A DNA stretch of 64,000 bases, taken from assembly GCF_000143415.4 (NCBI RefSeq), contig NW_003314443.1, positions 65,268-129,267 on the forward strand, given 5' to 3'. Under the pieces are notes generated by a model that worked only from the letters and a program-made list of their open reading frames with translations, was not told the origin of the DNA and made no database searches. Source of the DNA: Selaginella moellendorffii. Its lineage: Eukaryota > Plantae > Lycopodiophyta. Below are positions 35,498 to 48,664 of this stretch, one piece after another; position 1 is the stretch's first letter, and the number at the start of each line of letters is the position of its first letter. The translations under genes were made by a program, and so were the position numbers.

Positions 35498-36974
35498 ATG
35501 ACCTGCTTCCCTTTTCTCCGGGGTGAGTTCTGTTGTTGCTTCTTCGTCTTCGTCGCCTTCTTGTTCCAGGGAAGAAGCAGATCTACAACTGGTGGTCTTC
35601 CTTGCAATGGAGAGACTGGACTCGACACTGAGTTGTGAGCAGGCCCTGGGGAACAAAGACTTTGTCGAGGAGATGATCCAGAAGCAGCTTTTCAGCTCGC
35701 CACTACTGAATTTGACAGGTTCTTATCTGCCCTTCGTTTGATTTTTCTGGCCGACTGCTAATGTTAGCTAGCACGCACAGGGGGGCAGAAAATGGACGAT
35801 GATTCTTACCAAGCTACTGTCAAGATGAAAACGGAGGAGATGCTCGAAGTTCTGGAGTCTCTGAGGCTTGGCACGGATTGGAAGGTTGAGGACGAAAGCC
35901 AGGACTTGAGAATTATGTACTGTCCTGGTCGTGGTACGCCATTTCACAGCTACTGTGTTGAAGGCATTGTCAATGCTCCGCTTGTTCATGGTAAGATTGA
36001 AGCTTCTTTTCATACTCCGTCTTGCATTATCGACAGTTATGAATCAACTGTGATTTTTATCTACAGCTCTGTGCGTGATGTGGGAAGTTCCTTGCTTTAA
36101 AAAATGGTGAGGCGATTGATGAAGTGTCTCTGTCTGTAAGCAAAGCCTTTCGTTCCGACTTTTCTTACAGGTGGCCTCACTTTACTGTGCCTTCGTTTAA
36201 AGTGTTGGAGTCCCAATGGCTGAGGATGCTTCGCATTTGCGAGAACCTTTTCCACATGAGGTACTTCGACGTTGTTAACCCATCCCGCATTTAAATTCTA
36301 CAAGCTCTTGCCAGGTGCAAGGTTCCATGGCCGTTTGCGACAAGAGAAATGCTGGTCACGTCTTTCGAACTGGAGCTACCTGAATTGGATGCCGTGGTTG
36401 GCTGCTTGCGAACAGTTAAGCTATCAATCACTGTGCCTCTTTTGTTATTTTATTCACTCCAAGGGTGGTGATTTGCCAGGTCCCCCAGGAAGCAGAGACT
36501 ATCGTCAAGGAGACCATCCATGGTTTTAATGCTTCTCATTTGCCTCCTCCAAAAGAGGGCGTCATTCGCATGGAAGCCAACGGTGGATTCATCCTCCAGA
36601 AGATTAGCGACGAGAAATGCTACATAAGGTACGCTATTAGTTTTTTTTTTTTTTTTTGTTTTCTTCTTAAGATAGTCACCACTTCTTTTACAGAGCAGTA
36701 ATACACCTGGACCTTAAGCTCGACCTTGTTCCGACATGGGTGATTAACTTCCTTGGGCGTCAAGTTGTGGGACACGGCTTCAGGCTATACCTCAAGGTAT
36801 ATTTCTTTCCTTTTGGGGTGAAAAATGTCTAAGCTTTGTGTGTTACAACAGACTGTTTCTTCTGTTAAAGAGAGCAAAGTGTTTCAAGAATGCATCAGGC
36901 AACAGCCACTCTACAGCCGCATAACGTTAGAGATGCTACCAAAATCGAGCCACGAAAATGGATACAAGAGTTGA
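35498..36974 (+). CDS. START/SRPBCC (polyketide cyclase/lipid transport) superfamily protein (multi-exon)
   Basis: ERLDSTL, DWKVEDESQDLRIMY, GTPFHSYCVEG, WWPHFTVPSFKV, KVPWP, VIRMEANGGFILQKI, DLKLDLVPTWVINF; 5' exon boundaries less certain. Confidence 0.8.
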
Positions 36975-39476
36975 GGTGCTTTTCATAAGAAGTATTCATA
37001 AGCTTCCTGCACAAGAGCATTTACATTTATAAAAAATTTATAAACAAAGAGGAGCTTGAGGCCCACCGATACTCCTGAAAAGTCCGAACTTATTCATGAG
37101 ACATATGCAAGGTGGTTTTATAAGATTTCTGTTGTTTTGCATGTCTAGAAAAATCTGCTGCAGTCAAGCTCAAGAAAGAAACCATTCTCTTCTCGATGGA
37201 ATGAAACTCTCACTAGCTCCATGCTCTGGCGAGGCCATGGCAAACAAAATGGGTGGACTCTTCGTCTCAATCTGACAAGCAGCTGATGCAAAGGCTGCTT
37301 TTGAGAAACAAAGCGTAAGTATGCTGCAACAAGAACTAGCAACAGCCGTTTAAGGTATTGTCATGGAAGATGGCTTGTCTGAGCTCGAGTTTGATTTGAT
37401 CCGGGCACCCTGGTCCCATCTATTTTTCACTTGGTTGTCAAAGCTTGGAGGTCCATAGGTTTTGATCCTTTCAAATCCTGCTCCAACTTTTGATGCCTTT
37501 TCTTGGCAATAATATATTGCTCTGAAACCGTGAAAGCTTACTCACCTGCAAAAAAAACTCCAGGGTTGCACCAGACATCCAATAAACCAGGGAAGCTCTT
37601 GAGGAAAATCCTAGATTCAATTTAAACAAGTCACACCTCATGGAATTGATGGTGATCTTGATACAACTAACTAGTTAAGCTTGTCCTCAAACACATGGTT
37701 TTGGCATTTGTCTTTCACACTATTGTCCAATCTTGTGAAAGCCTTGACCGAGCTTAAACTCAATCAGCTGAGAACAAGCTGTCTCAAAAGTTTCCAAAGA
37801 GCAGAAGGCATAATACAAAGGTCACAAACTCGTCTCATCACAAGTTGCATTGTGGTCACTCCACGCCTTGGATGTTGATGAACTACAGGCCTCCATTTAT
37901 CTTGGAAAATACATCTATGAGGAATGAAGCAATCTGGACAATAGTATAAGCAAAATGAGCACGAGAAGAACCATACATACCGTGGAAAAGCATGAGTTCT
38001 ACACTCAAAACGACACACACATGGCACGGGCAATGTTCGATCAAATGCCTGAGTGCCACAACATTGTGGCATGGACTGCTAGGCCTACGCTCTCACTGGG
38101 AATTTCTTCCACGCTTTAATTCGATCCTCTACCAGGAGATGGTCTTGGAAGGAATGGCTCCCGACTAGATCACATTCACTTCCGAAATCAGAAAAGTTCT
38201 TTGTCAGGATGTACCATCTAGTAGGACGAAACTGGCCTCAAGAATGCTAGAGCATAAGTTATAACATGTAGCTACGTGGGGCTCCTCGCCAAATGATGAA
38301 CCTATGCAGAGACTTGCCCGATCGTGGAGCACTAGTACACGCAAGGTGGATTGTTAACATTGAGGATGTCATTGTCGTGTGCTAAAGTGGCCTGAAGAAC
38401 GCCACCGTGATTGGATTCCTTGTGATTCCATCACTCTTTTAGCTAATAGAGCTTCTAATTACAATCTTTTACAAGGAACCCACAGTACAAAGACTAAGCT
38501 CGGTTACAATCTTTTAAAATGAACCCAGGACTAAGCTCAATAATGAAGATTAGGCCATTGTTGGAATGTCCATTTTAAGGAGTTGTGCTCTTATTGGATA
38601 GCTCATTGTAACGCTTGAGCTAAATGCTTTTCAATTAAAACGTACAATAATATGCTTTGCCTCCTGTGGGAACATGCAGTCTATGTTAGGAGATCTCAGC
38701 AGGCATGGTGGATCAATGTTCCATCTGGAACGGATGAAATTTCTTGCTCAAGGTGCTCGTCTGACCACATTCCACAGCAATATTCTGAAGCTGTACGTGA
38801 AGGAGATATTCGATGGGTTGTACAAAGAGATCAGGAAGATTCTGGTGCCGTTCATGTGGATGTTGTGCTGCCATTTGAATGGAAATTCGGGGGTTGGTAA
38901 ATCTGCATTCGTCTGGTACTTCCGGTCATGATCTACGAGTCCAGAGCGACTGTTTTGATGTTCAAGGGTAACAAGCTCAGGGTGGTGAATAGAGAAGACT
39001 TCCCTCAGGAGATCGTGCTGGACAGCAAAGTAGATACCATCTCATCGATCTGTGAGTGGACTTGGGGCGGATGGTTGGAAATAAAACCCTTGTTGCTGCT
39101 TCATCACCAGACGAGTTCAATGTCAGAAAAGCCAAGCGTACAACGTTCACTCGCTATCTGCCTGCGTGGGAAAAGCACGAGTACGATGCTCTTGTGTCTT
39201 CTTGGAGGAAACGCGTGACAGACTACGAGAGTGGATCGGAAGAAGCCAAAGAGATAACACATGCTGCTGAAATGGCGTTTGAATGGTTTGGAGGTATCCC
39301 CTGGTTTCTTTGGGATGTAGAAGCAAACGGTCTGACTGTGGAAGCTTTCGAAAGGGATTGAAGCACCTGAGTATGGTTCTGACTCCTGATTTTGTCCTTC
39401 AAGCGTTTTGAGCGTTGGTGGTCCAGGAAACCAAGGTGCGCATCTTCATGCTCTCAAACATGCTCCTGGCGGCGCT
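36283..39476 (+). repeat. Direct segmental duplication, copy 1 (copy 2 at 43465-46654)
   Basis: Near-identical 3.2 kb at ~7.18 kb offset; duplicate ORFs in the track. Confidence 0.95.
38015..38185 (+). pseudogene. PPR repeat fragment (copies at ~45185-45355 and ~51130-51295)
   Basis: ARAMFDQMPECHNIVAWT ... YQEMVLEGMAPD.ITFTS. Confidence 0.7.
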
Positions 39477-39670
39477 CAAGTTGAAACTTGCGTGAGAGCT
39501 ATCCAGCAGACAATGGTCTTGCGCAGGATCTCGTGAACGGCCTTGTCAAAATGCCCATTCTCGCAAATGCGAGGATCCACGGTACTGGATTCTTCTCCGG
39601 GATTTGACTGAAGCTGTTCTTCGTGAGGGCAATGACGCCTTGGATGGTCCTAATGATGGAAGTCGTTGTA
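38674..39670 (+). pseudogene. Crinkler/RHS-like P-loop NTPase pseudogene (partial copies at 45843-46654, 50487-50640 and 56455-57026)
   Basis: LYVKEIFDGLY...GNSGVGKSAFVWY, AASSPD, YLPAWEKHE, FEWFGGIP, with frameshifts. Confidence 0.65.
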
Positions 39671-39804
39671 ATTCTTAGGATACTACTTTATCCATCACGA
39701 ATAGCATCAATACAGTAATCACTTCGAAGCTTTTAAAATAGGATCTACATATTTTGTCTTGGTAATGGGAGATTTCACTTCCTGAACATAGTCGCTTCTA
39801 TATA

Positions 39805-40284
39805 TCAGGTGAAGCAAGATCTAACGTCCACATCTTGATTGATTTCATTTGCTGTTAAATCCATCCATTTTTCGAATTTTTTTTGTGTGTGGCTATCCGG
39901 CACCAGGAATCGTCTAAAATCCATGGTGAGGCTCTTTGGGTATCGAGGTTTCTTCATTTGAATCCTTGGAATCTTTCGGTTTTCGGTTTTCGACATCCAA
40001 GCCGGCTCCCTTTCGTCCTTGGGCGGCTGGATGCCTTGGATGATCGCCGCATTTTGCCGCGTCTTGGCGTCCGGAAGGGATGTGTCAGGGAGCGAAGCAA
40101 TTGCGTCAGAATAGATGCAGCTGAGCTCCTGGACCAGCTCGTCCCAAGTCCGGCACGACAGGCCCGTTGTGTAGTTGAGAGAGAGGGGATGGAAAACGTC
40201 GCCTTTGTCTGGGTGCAACCGGATGGAGAGCTCCGAGGGATTCAAGCCACCCAAACATCGAGAGATGGCAGCTTTCCGCTGCAC
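39805..40284 (-). pseudogene. Unassigned gene fragment, 159-aa ORF (mirror at 55842-56321)
   Basis: GC-rich, coding-like ORF with a non-ATG start; family not recognised. Confidence 0.35.
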
Positions 40285-41115
40285 AGAGGAAGACGAATAC
40301 CCGAGTCTCTCTCACCTCGCGAAACCGTAGCCGCACTAAAATCTAACGGTTTGGATGGTATATTCTAAGATATCCTTTAATCCAACGGCTGTGATGTATC
40401 GCTCTTAACCTTTTATTTGTTTGTAGTTACCACTAATATAAACTGCGTTTAAAAGTTCATTCTCATTCACTATTTCTAGCTTGTTGTCTAGCGTCTTTCT
40501 TGTTCAAATGGTGAGGAAGGCTTGCATATGCTGGCAGGGTCATCGAGAATTCAATGGCACAACATTGTGTGTGATTGATAGATTATGCTGAAGTGACAAC
40601 TGATGAGAATTTGGTATATATGATCGAATTGGTAAGCTCAATGGCATGTTTGTGCTGTTTGTGTGCTACTGGAGCAAATCAAATATATATCTTCCCTTCC
40701 ACAAAATTTGATTGCATGAGTACAGTGGAGATGCACCTAAGTTAATACTTTTTAATGATCTGTTTGTCTAAGTCTGTAATAATAGATTCCATTGATTACA
40801 AGTTTGGTTTTGCTTCTTTACTATGATCTAGTACCAACTTAACAACACAGTTAATCTTAGGTGAGATTTTGAGGAGAGCCACTCTCACTAGTAAATTGTA
40901 TAGTGTTAAAAAAAAAAGAAAATAATAAAGTGGTCCAGAAACTCAACACAGTTAATTTAATAATAAAATAATAAAATAGTGTTAGAAAAAAGGAAAATAA
41001 TAAAGTGGTCCAGAAACTCAACACAGTTAATTTATTTAATAATAAAATAATAAAATAATAAAATAGTGTTCATGTTAGGGGGCGACCCTAACACCGTAGT
41101 ATTCTTAATTGAAAG

Positions 41116-41200
41116 TCCAGGCGGATGGGAATCGAACCCAGCAACCCTTCACAATAGAACATTACAGCGTGCATGCTATAACCACAAAGCCGTGAACACT
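41116..41200 (-). mobile_element. tRNA-derived SINE-like head (copies at 54926-55010 + and 57046-57130 +)
   Basis: B-box GGTTCGATTCC, weak A-box, followed by AT-rich (TTATT)n tracts; no clean cloverleaf. Confidence 0.35.
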
Positions 41201-42589
41201 GGGAGATAACAAAATATTATTTCAGCACCTCTTATTTGAAAAACAAGATTTGGAATCCACCTGATTGTCCACGTGGACGACATCCAGGGGCTGCGAGATC
41301 CTGGAGAGCAGCTACTGGCCGAATCAATACCGTCTTCATCCGGCATGAAATCAAAGATTTCTTTGGAGGTGGCCAAATCCCCCCTCTGCTATTCACTGCT
41401 GGAGGAACGTCCTGTCATTCTGGGCAGTAGATTCGTCCAGGACACCAGATCCTTGGCCGGCGTTTTTGCCCAAGCTCGATTTCGCTGCCACAATTTGCCC
41501 CTGCTGCGCGAGCGCCATTATCATCGAGTTCCATGGCGCTCTGAGACGCAATCAAACATAGACTCTCACTCTCGGATGCGGGATGCCGCCACATACGCGG
41601 TCACCATCGCGTTCCAGGAGACGATCACGGAACTCCTAATCGAACAAGATTGACGCCGCATCGATCGAATGCCCTGTTCTTGCTGCTCGCATTTGCCAGC
41701 GAAAGGGAATATCGCGCGATCCAAGAGCCTGAACCCGGCGTGGCGGCGTGGATCATTCGGGGGGATCGGCACGAGAGAAGATTTAGCTCCAGCAACGCTG
41801 CCGAGAGCGACTTTGCGGAGAAGAGAAATCCCTCGTTCATACAAAAAAATTTGATTGGGTCTCTGGCTGTGGGTTCGAACCTGTGACCTTGCCAATATAT
41901 ATTTTTATTCTAGCCAGATATCCGGCCATCAGGTTCCCGTCCAAAGTGTACACTAATTGCTTCTTAACGTATACCATAATGTAAACAGCGGCGCAAGAGA
42001 TTTTCGTTTTGTGGGCGCATGGCGCGCAGCGCGTTGCTGCTGTCAAGCTCAAGAAAGAAACCATTCTCTTCCCGATGGAATGAAACTCTCACTTTCTCCA
42101 TGCTCTGGCGAGGCCATGGCAAACAAAACGTCTGCATCTCAATCTGAGCAAGCAGCTGATGCAGAAGCTATTTTTGAGAAACAAAGTATAAGTATGCTGC
42201 AACAAGCAACATCCGTTTAAGATATTGTTCTGGAAGATGGCTTGTCTGAGCTCGAGTTTGATTTGATCCAGGCACCATGGTCCCGGGAATGTATTCTTCA
42301 CTTGGTTGTCCAAGCTGGAGGTCCATAGGTTTGGATCCTTTCAAATCCTTGGGGCGTGAGACTCTTTTTCGAGCATCCAGTTATTTCTCTTGGCAGCTAT
42401 CAATGCTGATCCGGGGGAGATCCACGCGCTAGTCGACTCTGTGGCCTGGATCACTTGTGCCAAGAGCACATTCGAGCCTCATTCGGGGACATTCCTTCGA
42501 GTGTAATCGACAGGGATTGAGAAGAATGGTTGGAGCTGCACTAGCATCGGACTTTTCCCCACTCTTTCATTCTCCAGCGCTGAAATTTG

Positions 42590-42720
42590 GCTCGACACTG
42601 GCCTCGTCTAGCTTCCCAGATCTCCCCAGCAGATCCACCAAGCATCTTAAGTGTTCCATGATCGTGGACATGCTGTAGTCTTGGGCTATGGACGACAAGT
42701 AGTTCTCATCCCGAGATGAC
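42590..42720 (-). pseudogene. PLS-class PPR C-terminal fragment (mirror at ~53405-53535)
   Basis: YLSSIAQDYSMSTIMEHLRCLVDLLGRSGKLDEA. Confidence 0.75.
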
Positions 42721-43464
42721 TGCAGGCAGAAGAGCTCGCTGCGATCACAGTAGCTTGCAAGATGCAAAGGAGGGAGAAGCGTTGCAAAATTTTTTGATTG
42801 GGTCTCGGGCTGTGGATTCGAACCTGTGACCTTGCCAATATATTTGTTTATTCTAGCCAGATGTCCGGCCATCCAAATCGGACACTAATTGCTTCTTAAC
42901 ATATATCATTCCTTTCTGCGGTTGTCAAGCTCAAGAAAGAAACCATTATGGAATGAAGATTTCACCACTGAATCCCTGGGATAACCTACCTTTTCTTCTT
43001 GTGAGAAACAAGGTTTGCTGCATCCAACGACTGAATGTCCGAAGATGGCTTGTTTGAGCATTGAAGATTAAATTGATCCAGGCACGCTCTTGATTAGCAG
43101 CAAAGTTAAGAGTCCAAGGCTGGAGGTACTTCTCTGTTCTTTCAAATCCTGGGGAGCTTGAGATTTCATCAAGGGGCTTTCTTGTCGTGTTCTATCCAAG
43201 TTTGATGCTTGTTCTTAGCAGCAACAAGACCAAACATTTGAAAAAATCCATGAAATTTCAAGTCACACCCTGTGTGAAGAAGAGGGGCAATGCATGGAAA
43301 GTACTCGGGGCCAAAAGGTGGCTGTCCACAACGAGAGTATTTAGAGCAAAAAGGGCGAAAGATGAACTGTGGGAAAGCAATGCTTTCACTGCAACGTATA
43401 TCCCTTGTGCCCTGCTGATCAATCCAAAAGCCACAACGCTGGTGGTAGTGCAGCAGCTCCTCCG

Positions 43465-44145
43465 TCCCGCGTTTAAATTCTACAAGCTCTTGCCAGGTGC
43501 AAGGTTCCATGGCCGTTTGCGACAAGAGAAATGCTGGTCACGTCTTTCAAACTGGAGCTACCTGAATTGGATGCCGTGGTTGGCTGCTTGCGAACAGTTA
43601 AGATATCAATCACTGTGCCTCTTTTGTTATTTTATTCACTCCAATGGTGGTGATTTGCCAGGTCCCCCAGGAAGCAGAGACTATCGTCAAGGAGACCATC
43701 CATGGTTTTAATGCTTCTCATTTGCCTCCTCCAAAAGAGGGCGTCATTCGCATGGAAGCCAATGGTGGATTCATCCTCCAGAAGATTAGCGCTACATAAG
43801 GTACGCTATTAGTTTTTTTTTTTTTTTTGTTTTCTTCTTAAGATAGTCACTACTTCTTTTACAGAGCAGTAATACACCTGGACCTTAAGCTCGACCTTGT
43901 TCCGACATGGGTGATTAACTTCCTTGGGCGTCAAGTTGTGGGACACGGCTTCAGGCTGTACCTCAAGGTATATTTCTTTCCTTTTGGGGTGAAAAATGTC
44001 TAAGCTTTGTGTGTTACAACAGACTGTTTCTTCTGTTAAAGAGAGCAAAGTGTTTCACGAATGCATCAGGCAACAGCCACTCTACAGCCGCATAACGTTA
44101 CAGATGCTACCAAAATCGAGCCACGAAAATGGATACAAGAGTTGA
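43465..44145 (+). pseudogene. 5'-truncated copy of the START gene 3' exons, introns retained (inverted copy at 52016-52570)
   Basis: Matches 36283-36974; carries an 11-bp deletion at attagc|gctacat. Confidence 0.9.
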
Positions 44146-46654
44146 GGTGCTTTTCATAAGAAGTATTCTTAAGCAAGAGCATTTACATTTATAAACAATT
44201 TATAAACAAAGAGGAGCTTGAGGCCCACCAATACTCCTGAAAAGTCCAAACTTATTCATGAGACATATGCAAGGTGGGTTTTATAAGATTTCTGTTGTTT
44301 TGCATGTCTAGAAAAATCTGCTGCAATCAAGCTCAAGAAAGAAACCATTCTCTTCTCGATGGAATGAAACTCTCACTTGCTCCATGCTCTGGCGAGGCCA
44401 TGGCAAACAAAATGGGTGGACTCTTCGTCTCAATCTGACAAGCAGCTGATGCAAAGGCTACTTTTGAGAAACAAAGCGTAAGTATGCTGCAACAAGAACT
44501 AGCAACAGTCGTTTAAGGTATTGTCGTGGAAGATGGCTTGTCTGAGCTCGAGTTTGATTTGATCCAGGCACCCTGGTCCCATCTATTCTTCACTTGGTTG
44601 TCAAAGCTTGGAGGTCCATAGGTTTCGATCCTTTCAAATCCTCGGGGCGCTCCAACTTTTGATGCCTTTTCTTGGCAATAATATATTGCTCTGAAACCGT
44701 GAAAGCTTACTCACCTGCAAAAAAAACTCCAGGGTTGCACCAGACATCCAATAAACCAGGGAAGCTCTCGAGGAAAATCCTAGATTCAACATAAACAAGT
44801 CACACCTCATGGAATTGGTGGTGATCTTGGTGCAACTAGCTAGTTAAGCTTGTCTGCAAACACATGGTTTTGGCATTTGTCTTTCACACTATTGTCCAAT
44901 CTTGTGAAAGCCTTGACCGAGCTTAAACTCAATCAGCTGAGAACAAGCTGTCTCAAAAGTTTCCAAAGAGCAGAAGGCATAATACAAAGGTCACAAACTC
45001 GTCTCATCACAAGTTGCATTGTGGTCACTCCACGCCTTGGATGTTGATGAACTACAGGCCTCCATTTATCTTGGAAAATACATCTATGAGGAATGAAGCA
45101 ATCTGGACAATAGTATAAGCAAAATGAGCACGAGAAGAACCATACATACCGTGGAAAAGCATGAGTTCTACACTCAAAACGACACACACATGGCACGGGC
45201 AATGTTCGATCAAATGCCCGAGTGCCACAACATTGTGGCATGGACTGCTAGGCCTACGCTCTCACTGGGAATTTCTTCCACGCTTTAATTCGATCCTCTA
45301 CCAGGAGATGGTCTTGGAAGGAATGGCTCCCGACTAGATCACATTCACTTCCGAAATCAGAAAAGTTCTTTGTCAGGATGTACCATCTAGTAGGACGAAA
45401 CTGGCCTCAAGAATGCTAGAGCATAAGTTATAACATGTAGCTACGTGGGGCTCCTCGCCAAATGATGAACCTATGCAGAGACTTGCCCGATCGTGGAGCA
45501 CTAGTACACGCAAGGTGGATTGTTAACATTGAGGATGTCATTGTCGTGTGCTCAAGTGGCCTGAAGAACGCCACCGTGATTGGATTCCTTGTGATTCCAT
45601 CACTCTTTTAGCTAATAGAGCTTCTAATTACAATCTTTTACAAGGAACCCACAGTACAAAGACTAAGCTCGGTTACAATCTTTTAAAATGAACCCAGGAC
45701 TAAGCTCAATAATGAAGATTAGGCCATTGTTGGAATGTCCATTTTAAGGAGTTGTGCTCTTATTGGATAGCTCATTGTAACGCTTGAGCTAAATGCTTTT
45801 CAATTAAAACGTACAATAATATGCTTTGCCTCCTGTGGGAACATGCAGTCTATGTTAGGAGATCTCAGCAGGCATGGTGGATCAATGTTCCATCTGGAAC
45901 GGATGAAATTTCTTGCTCAAGGTGCTCGTCTGACCACATTCCACAGCAATATTCTGAAGCTGTACGTGAAGGAGATATTCGATGGGTTGTACAAAGAGAT
46001 CAGGAAGATTCTGGTGCCGTTCATGTGGATGTTGTGCTGCCATTTGAATGGAAATTCGGGGGTTGGTAAATCTGCATTCGTCTGGTACTTCCGGTCATGA
46101 TCTACGAGTCCAGAGCGACTGTTTTGATGTTCAAGGGTAACAAGCTCAGGGTGGTGAATAGAGAAGACTTCCCTCAGGAGATCGTGCTGGACAGCAAAGT
46201 AGATACCATCTCATCGATCTGTGAGTGGACTTGGGGCGGATGGTTGGAAATAAAACCCTTGTTGCTGCTTCATCACCAGACGAGTTCAATGTCAGAAAAG
46301 CCAAGTGGACAACGTTCACTCGCTATCTGCCTGCGTGGGAAAAGCACGAGTACGATGCTCTTGTGTCTTCTTGGAGGAAACGCGTGACAGACTACGAGAG
46401 TGGATCGGAAGAGGCCAAAGAGATAACGCAGAGAGTGAATGCTGCTGAAATGGCGTTTGAATGGTTTGGAGGTATCCCCTGGTTTCTTTGGGATGTAGAA
46501 GCAAATGGTCTGACTGTGGAAGCTTTCGAAAGGGATTGAAGCACCTGAGTATGGTTCTGACTCCTGATTTTGTCCTTCAAGCGTTTTGAGCGTTGGTGGT
46601 CCAGGAAACCAAGGTGCGCATCTTCATGCTCTCAAACATGCTCCTGGCGGCGCT

Positions 46655-47626
46655 TTCCACCCTCTGTTTCTGATCACCTTGTTTATTCCCAGAATTCCTA
46701 TTCTTGTCCGAGTTACCAGCATACGGTTGCTGATATTGTTCCATGAGCGAGTGACTAAAGGCAACTTGCTGTGCTGCCTCCTTACACTCCAGATACGTCT
46801 TTGGCTTAAACTTCAAAATCTCATTGCGAGAAAATGAACTTAAACCCTCTAGAAAATAATTCCGAGCATCTTCGTCACTCATATTTGCAATCATAATGTG
46901 CTTCTGAGCAAACGCATTAACGTAATGCATGAGATCCCCTCGTTGCTTTAACCGCCGCAGCTCCGCACGAAGTCTCAAACCAAGATCATCCGGCAAGTAT
47001 TCCTTATGGATACGAGACCGCATCTTGGTCCAACTTCTAGTCTGCCCCTTTTCAGCACACACCTGGCGCCACCAAGTTTTGGCATGATCGGTGAGAAAGG
47101 ATTGCGCACACGCAACTTTCGTATGATCATCTACGTCTCCCGCTATGAAATAGTTTTCCATATCGTAGACCCAGTCTTCCAAAACCTGATAGCCCCATAT
47201 GCCTCTGAAGTTGGGTGGTTTCGGGGGCTTGAACTTTGAAACTCATGCAACCGGGGGCAGCTGCAGAACTTCATCGTCCTCAGAACTTGAGAAGGAGTTC
47301 GGTTGCTTAGGCTTAGCTGGTTTAGCTGCCTCAGCTTCTTTCTTCCTCTTCTTGTTCTCCTTCTTCAATTTGCGAATCTCCCTTCGCAAATTCTTGATCT
47401 CGACTTCCTGAGCTGTACACTGCAACGCCGTAGCATTTGGCTCTTCCTCTTCCGACTCAACCTCTGCCTTTTCCGCAGCATCTCTAGCAGGAGTTTCCTC
47501 CTCTCGATTCGCCCATCTAGAGGTTTCAGCGTCATCAGCACGGTTCCATTTCACCATCCCGCTAGCTGCATGCATGCCTCTATCAGTAACTGAACATGCA
47601 TACAACGTTCTTACTGAATGGTGCAA
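46655..47626 (-). pseudogene. Gypsy gag, truncated, with an in-frame TGA at 47243-47245
   Basis: EDWVYDMENYF...LTDHAKTWW...LRRLKQRG...FLEGL; homologous to the element A gag. Confidence 0.85.
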
Positions 47627-47735
47627 TCCAACTAATCCTACACAGGTCGCTTCAGATCTACTAGAAAAGTCTCTGCGTATGCAACTTGAGTCAGAAAATC
47701 TGACAAAAGTTGGATAGGAATCGTTGAGACAATTT

Positions 47736-47746
47736 CTCTAATACCA
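47736..47746 (-). promoter_or_regulatory. iMet-like primer binding site
   Basis: Minus strand TGGTATTAGAG, 2 nt from the LTR end. Confidence 0.75.
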
Positions 47747-47748
47747 AA

Positions 47749-48664
47749 TGTAGCACACTTGAATTTGGAGCCGAACTCCAAACCCGTTGCGCTACAAAAT
47801 GAGGGTCCGGTACAATCCCACGAGCACCAGCTCCCCGTATCCAGCACCTGCATGCAAAATGGTGTCAGACGGAGTCTGGCACAATTTTGGCATACCGGTG
47901 GCCTAACGCGAGAAGGAGGGTACTCCACCGACTAGAGCAGCGTGGAGCTTGGGCTTAGACCCAAGCCAGATGCAGAACAAGGAGCGACACAGCCCAGCGG
48001 GAGCCAAACTAATGTCTCAGGTGGTCGGACATGCATTCCAACCACTATCCCTACTATACATTTGGAACCCCCCACAGCCCCCCCCCCTTAAGGGACACAC
48101 GCTTTGGGCTTTCACCCCAAGCCTCCCTTAGTGCCAGAAGTTAGTCTCTGGGACAAGTCCAAAACTTACCAAATATGGAATGGCGCTAGATTGCAAATTT
48201 GGACACTGGACGAACACCATTGTGTTCAGGCTAACTTCTACACTCCGTAGATATGTCAAATGAGCAAATCTAGACACTTTCCATAAATAGCATTTGGGAC
48301 CGAAATGAGACTAACACAAAGGGCGTGATAGCGAGGGTGTTTGGCAGACACAGTAAGTTATCATCCAGCGATATTGAGGGATTAGTCTCAATACGCGAGG
48401 GTTCTTGCCAAGCCAGTGCAAGACAGAGCAAAAGAGAACTAAGAGCCAGGCCGAGAATGCTCAGCTAGAAACACATAGGAGTTCCTACCTTATGTTCATC
48501 TGGCTAAGTACAAATGCTAAGCCCAGTAAGCTAACACTTGGACAAAAGGGGCTATTGAAGGGAACTAGCAGTACCGACCTCCTGCCGTCATGGCAGTAAG
48601 GAAAGAGTGCCCGCAAGGACTGGCCGACAAGTATCTTTCGATACTCGAAGTCACATTCGTGACA
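47749..48664 (-). mobile_element. 5' LTR (element C), inserted in the hAT transposase
   Basis: TGTAG...TGACA termini; adjacent PBS; 47865-48664 homologous to 58090-58888. Confidence 0.85.

Larger units (their letters stand above)
39100..45996 (+). repeat. Left arm of large inverted repeat
   Basis: Reverse complement of 50487-57026; identical ORF translations appear mirrored in the track. Confidence 0.95.

Noticed and set aside
43187-43711. 174-aa chimeric ORF as a new gene
   Set aside because: Crosses the duplication junction into START intron and out-of-frame exon sequence; the upstream kinase-like resemblance is too weak to call
48070-48130. Group II intron domain V or hammerhead ribozyme in the LTR core
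   Set aside because: GAAA hairpin is present, but there is no properly placed AGC triad or CUGANGA core
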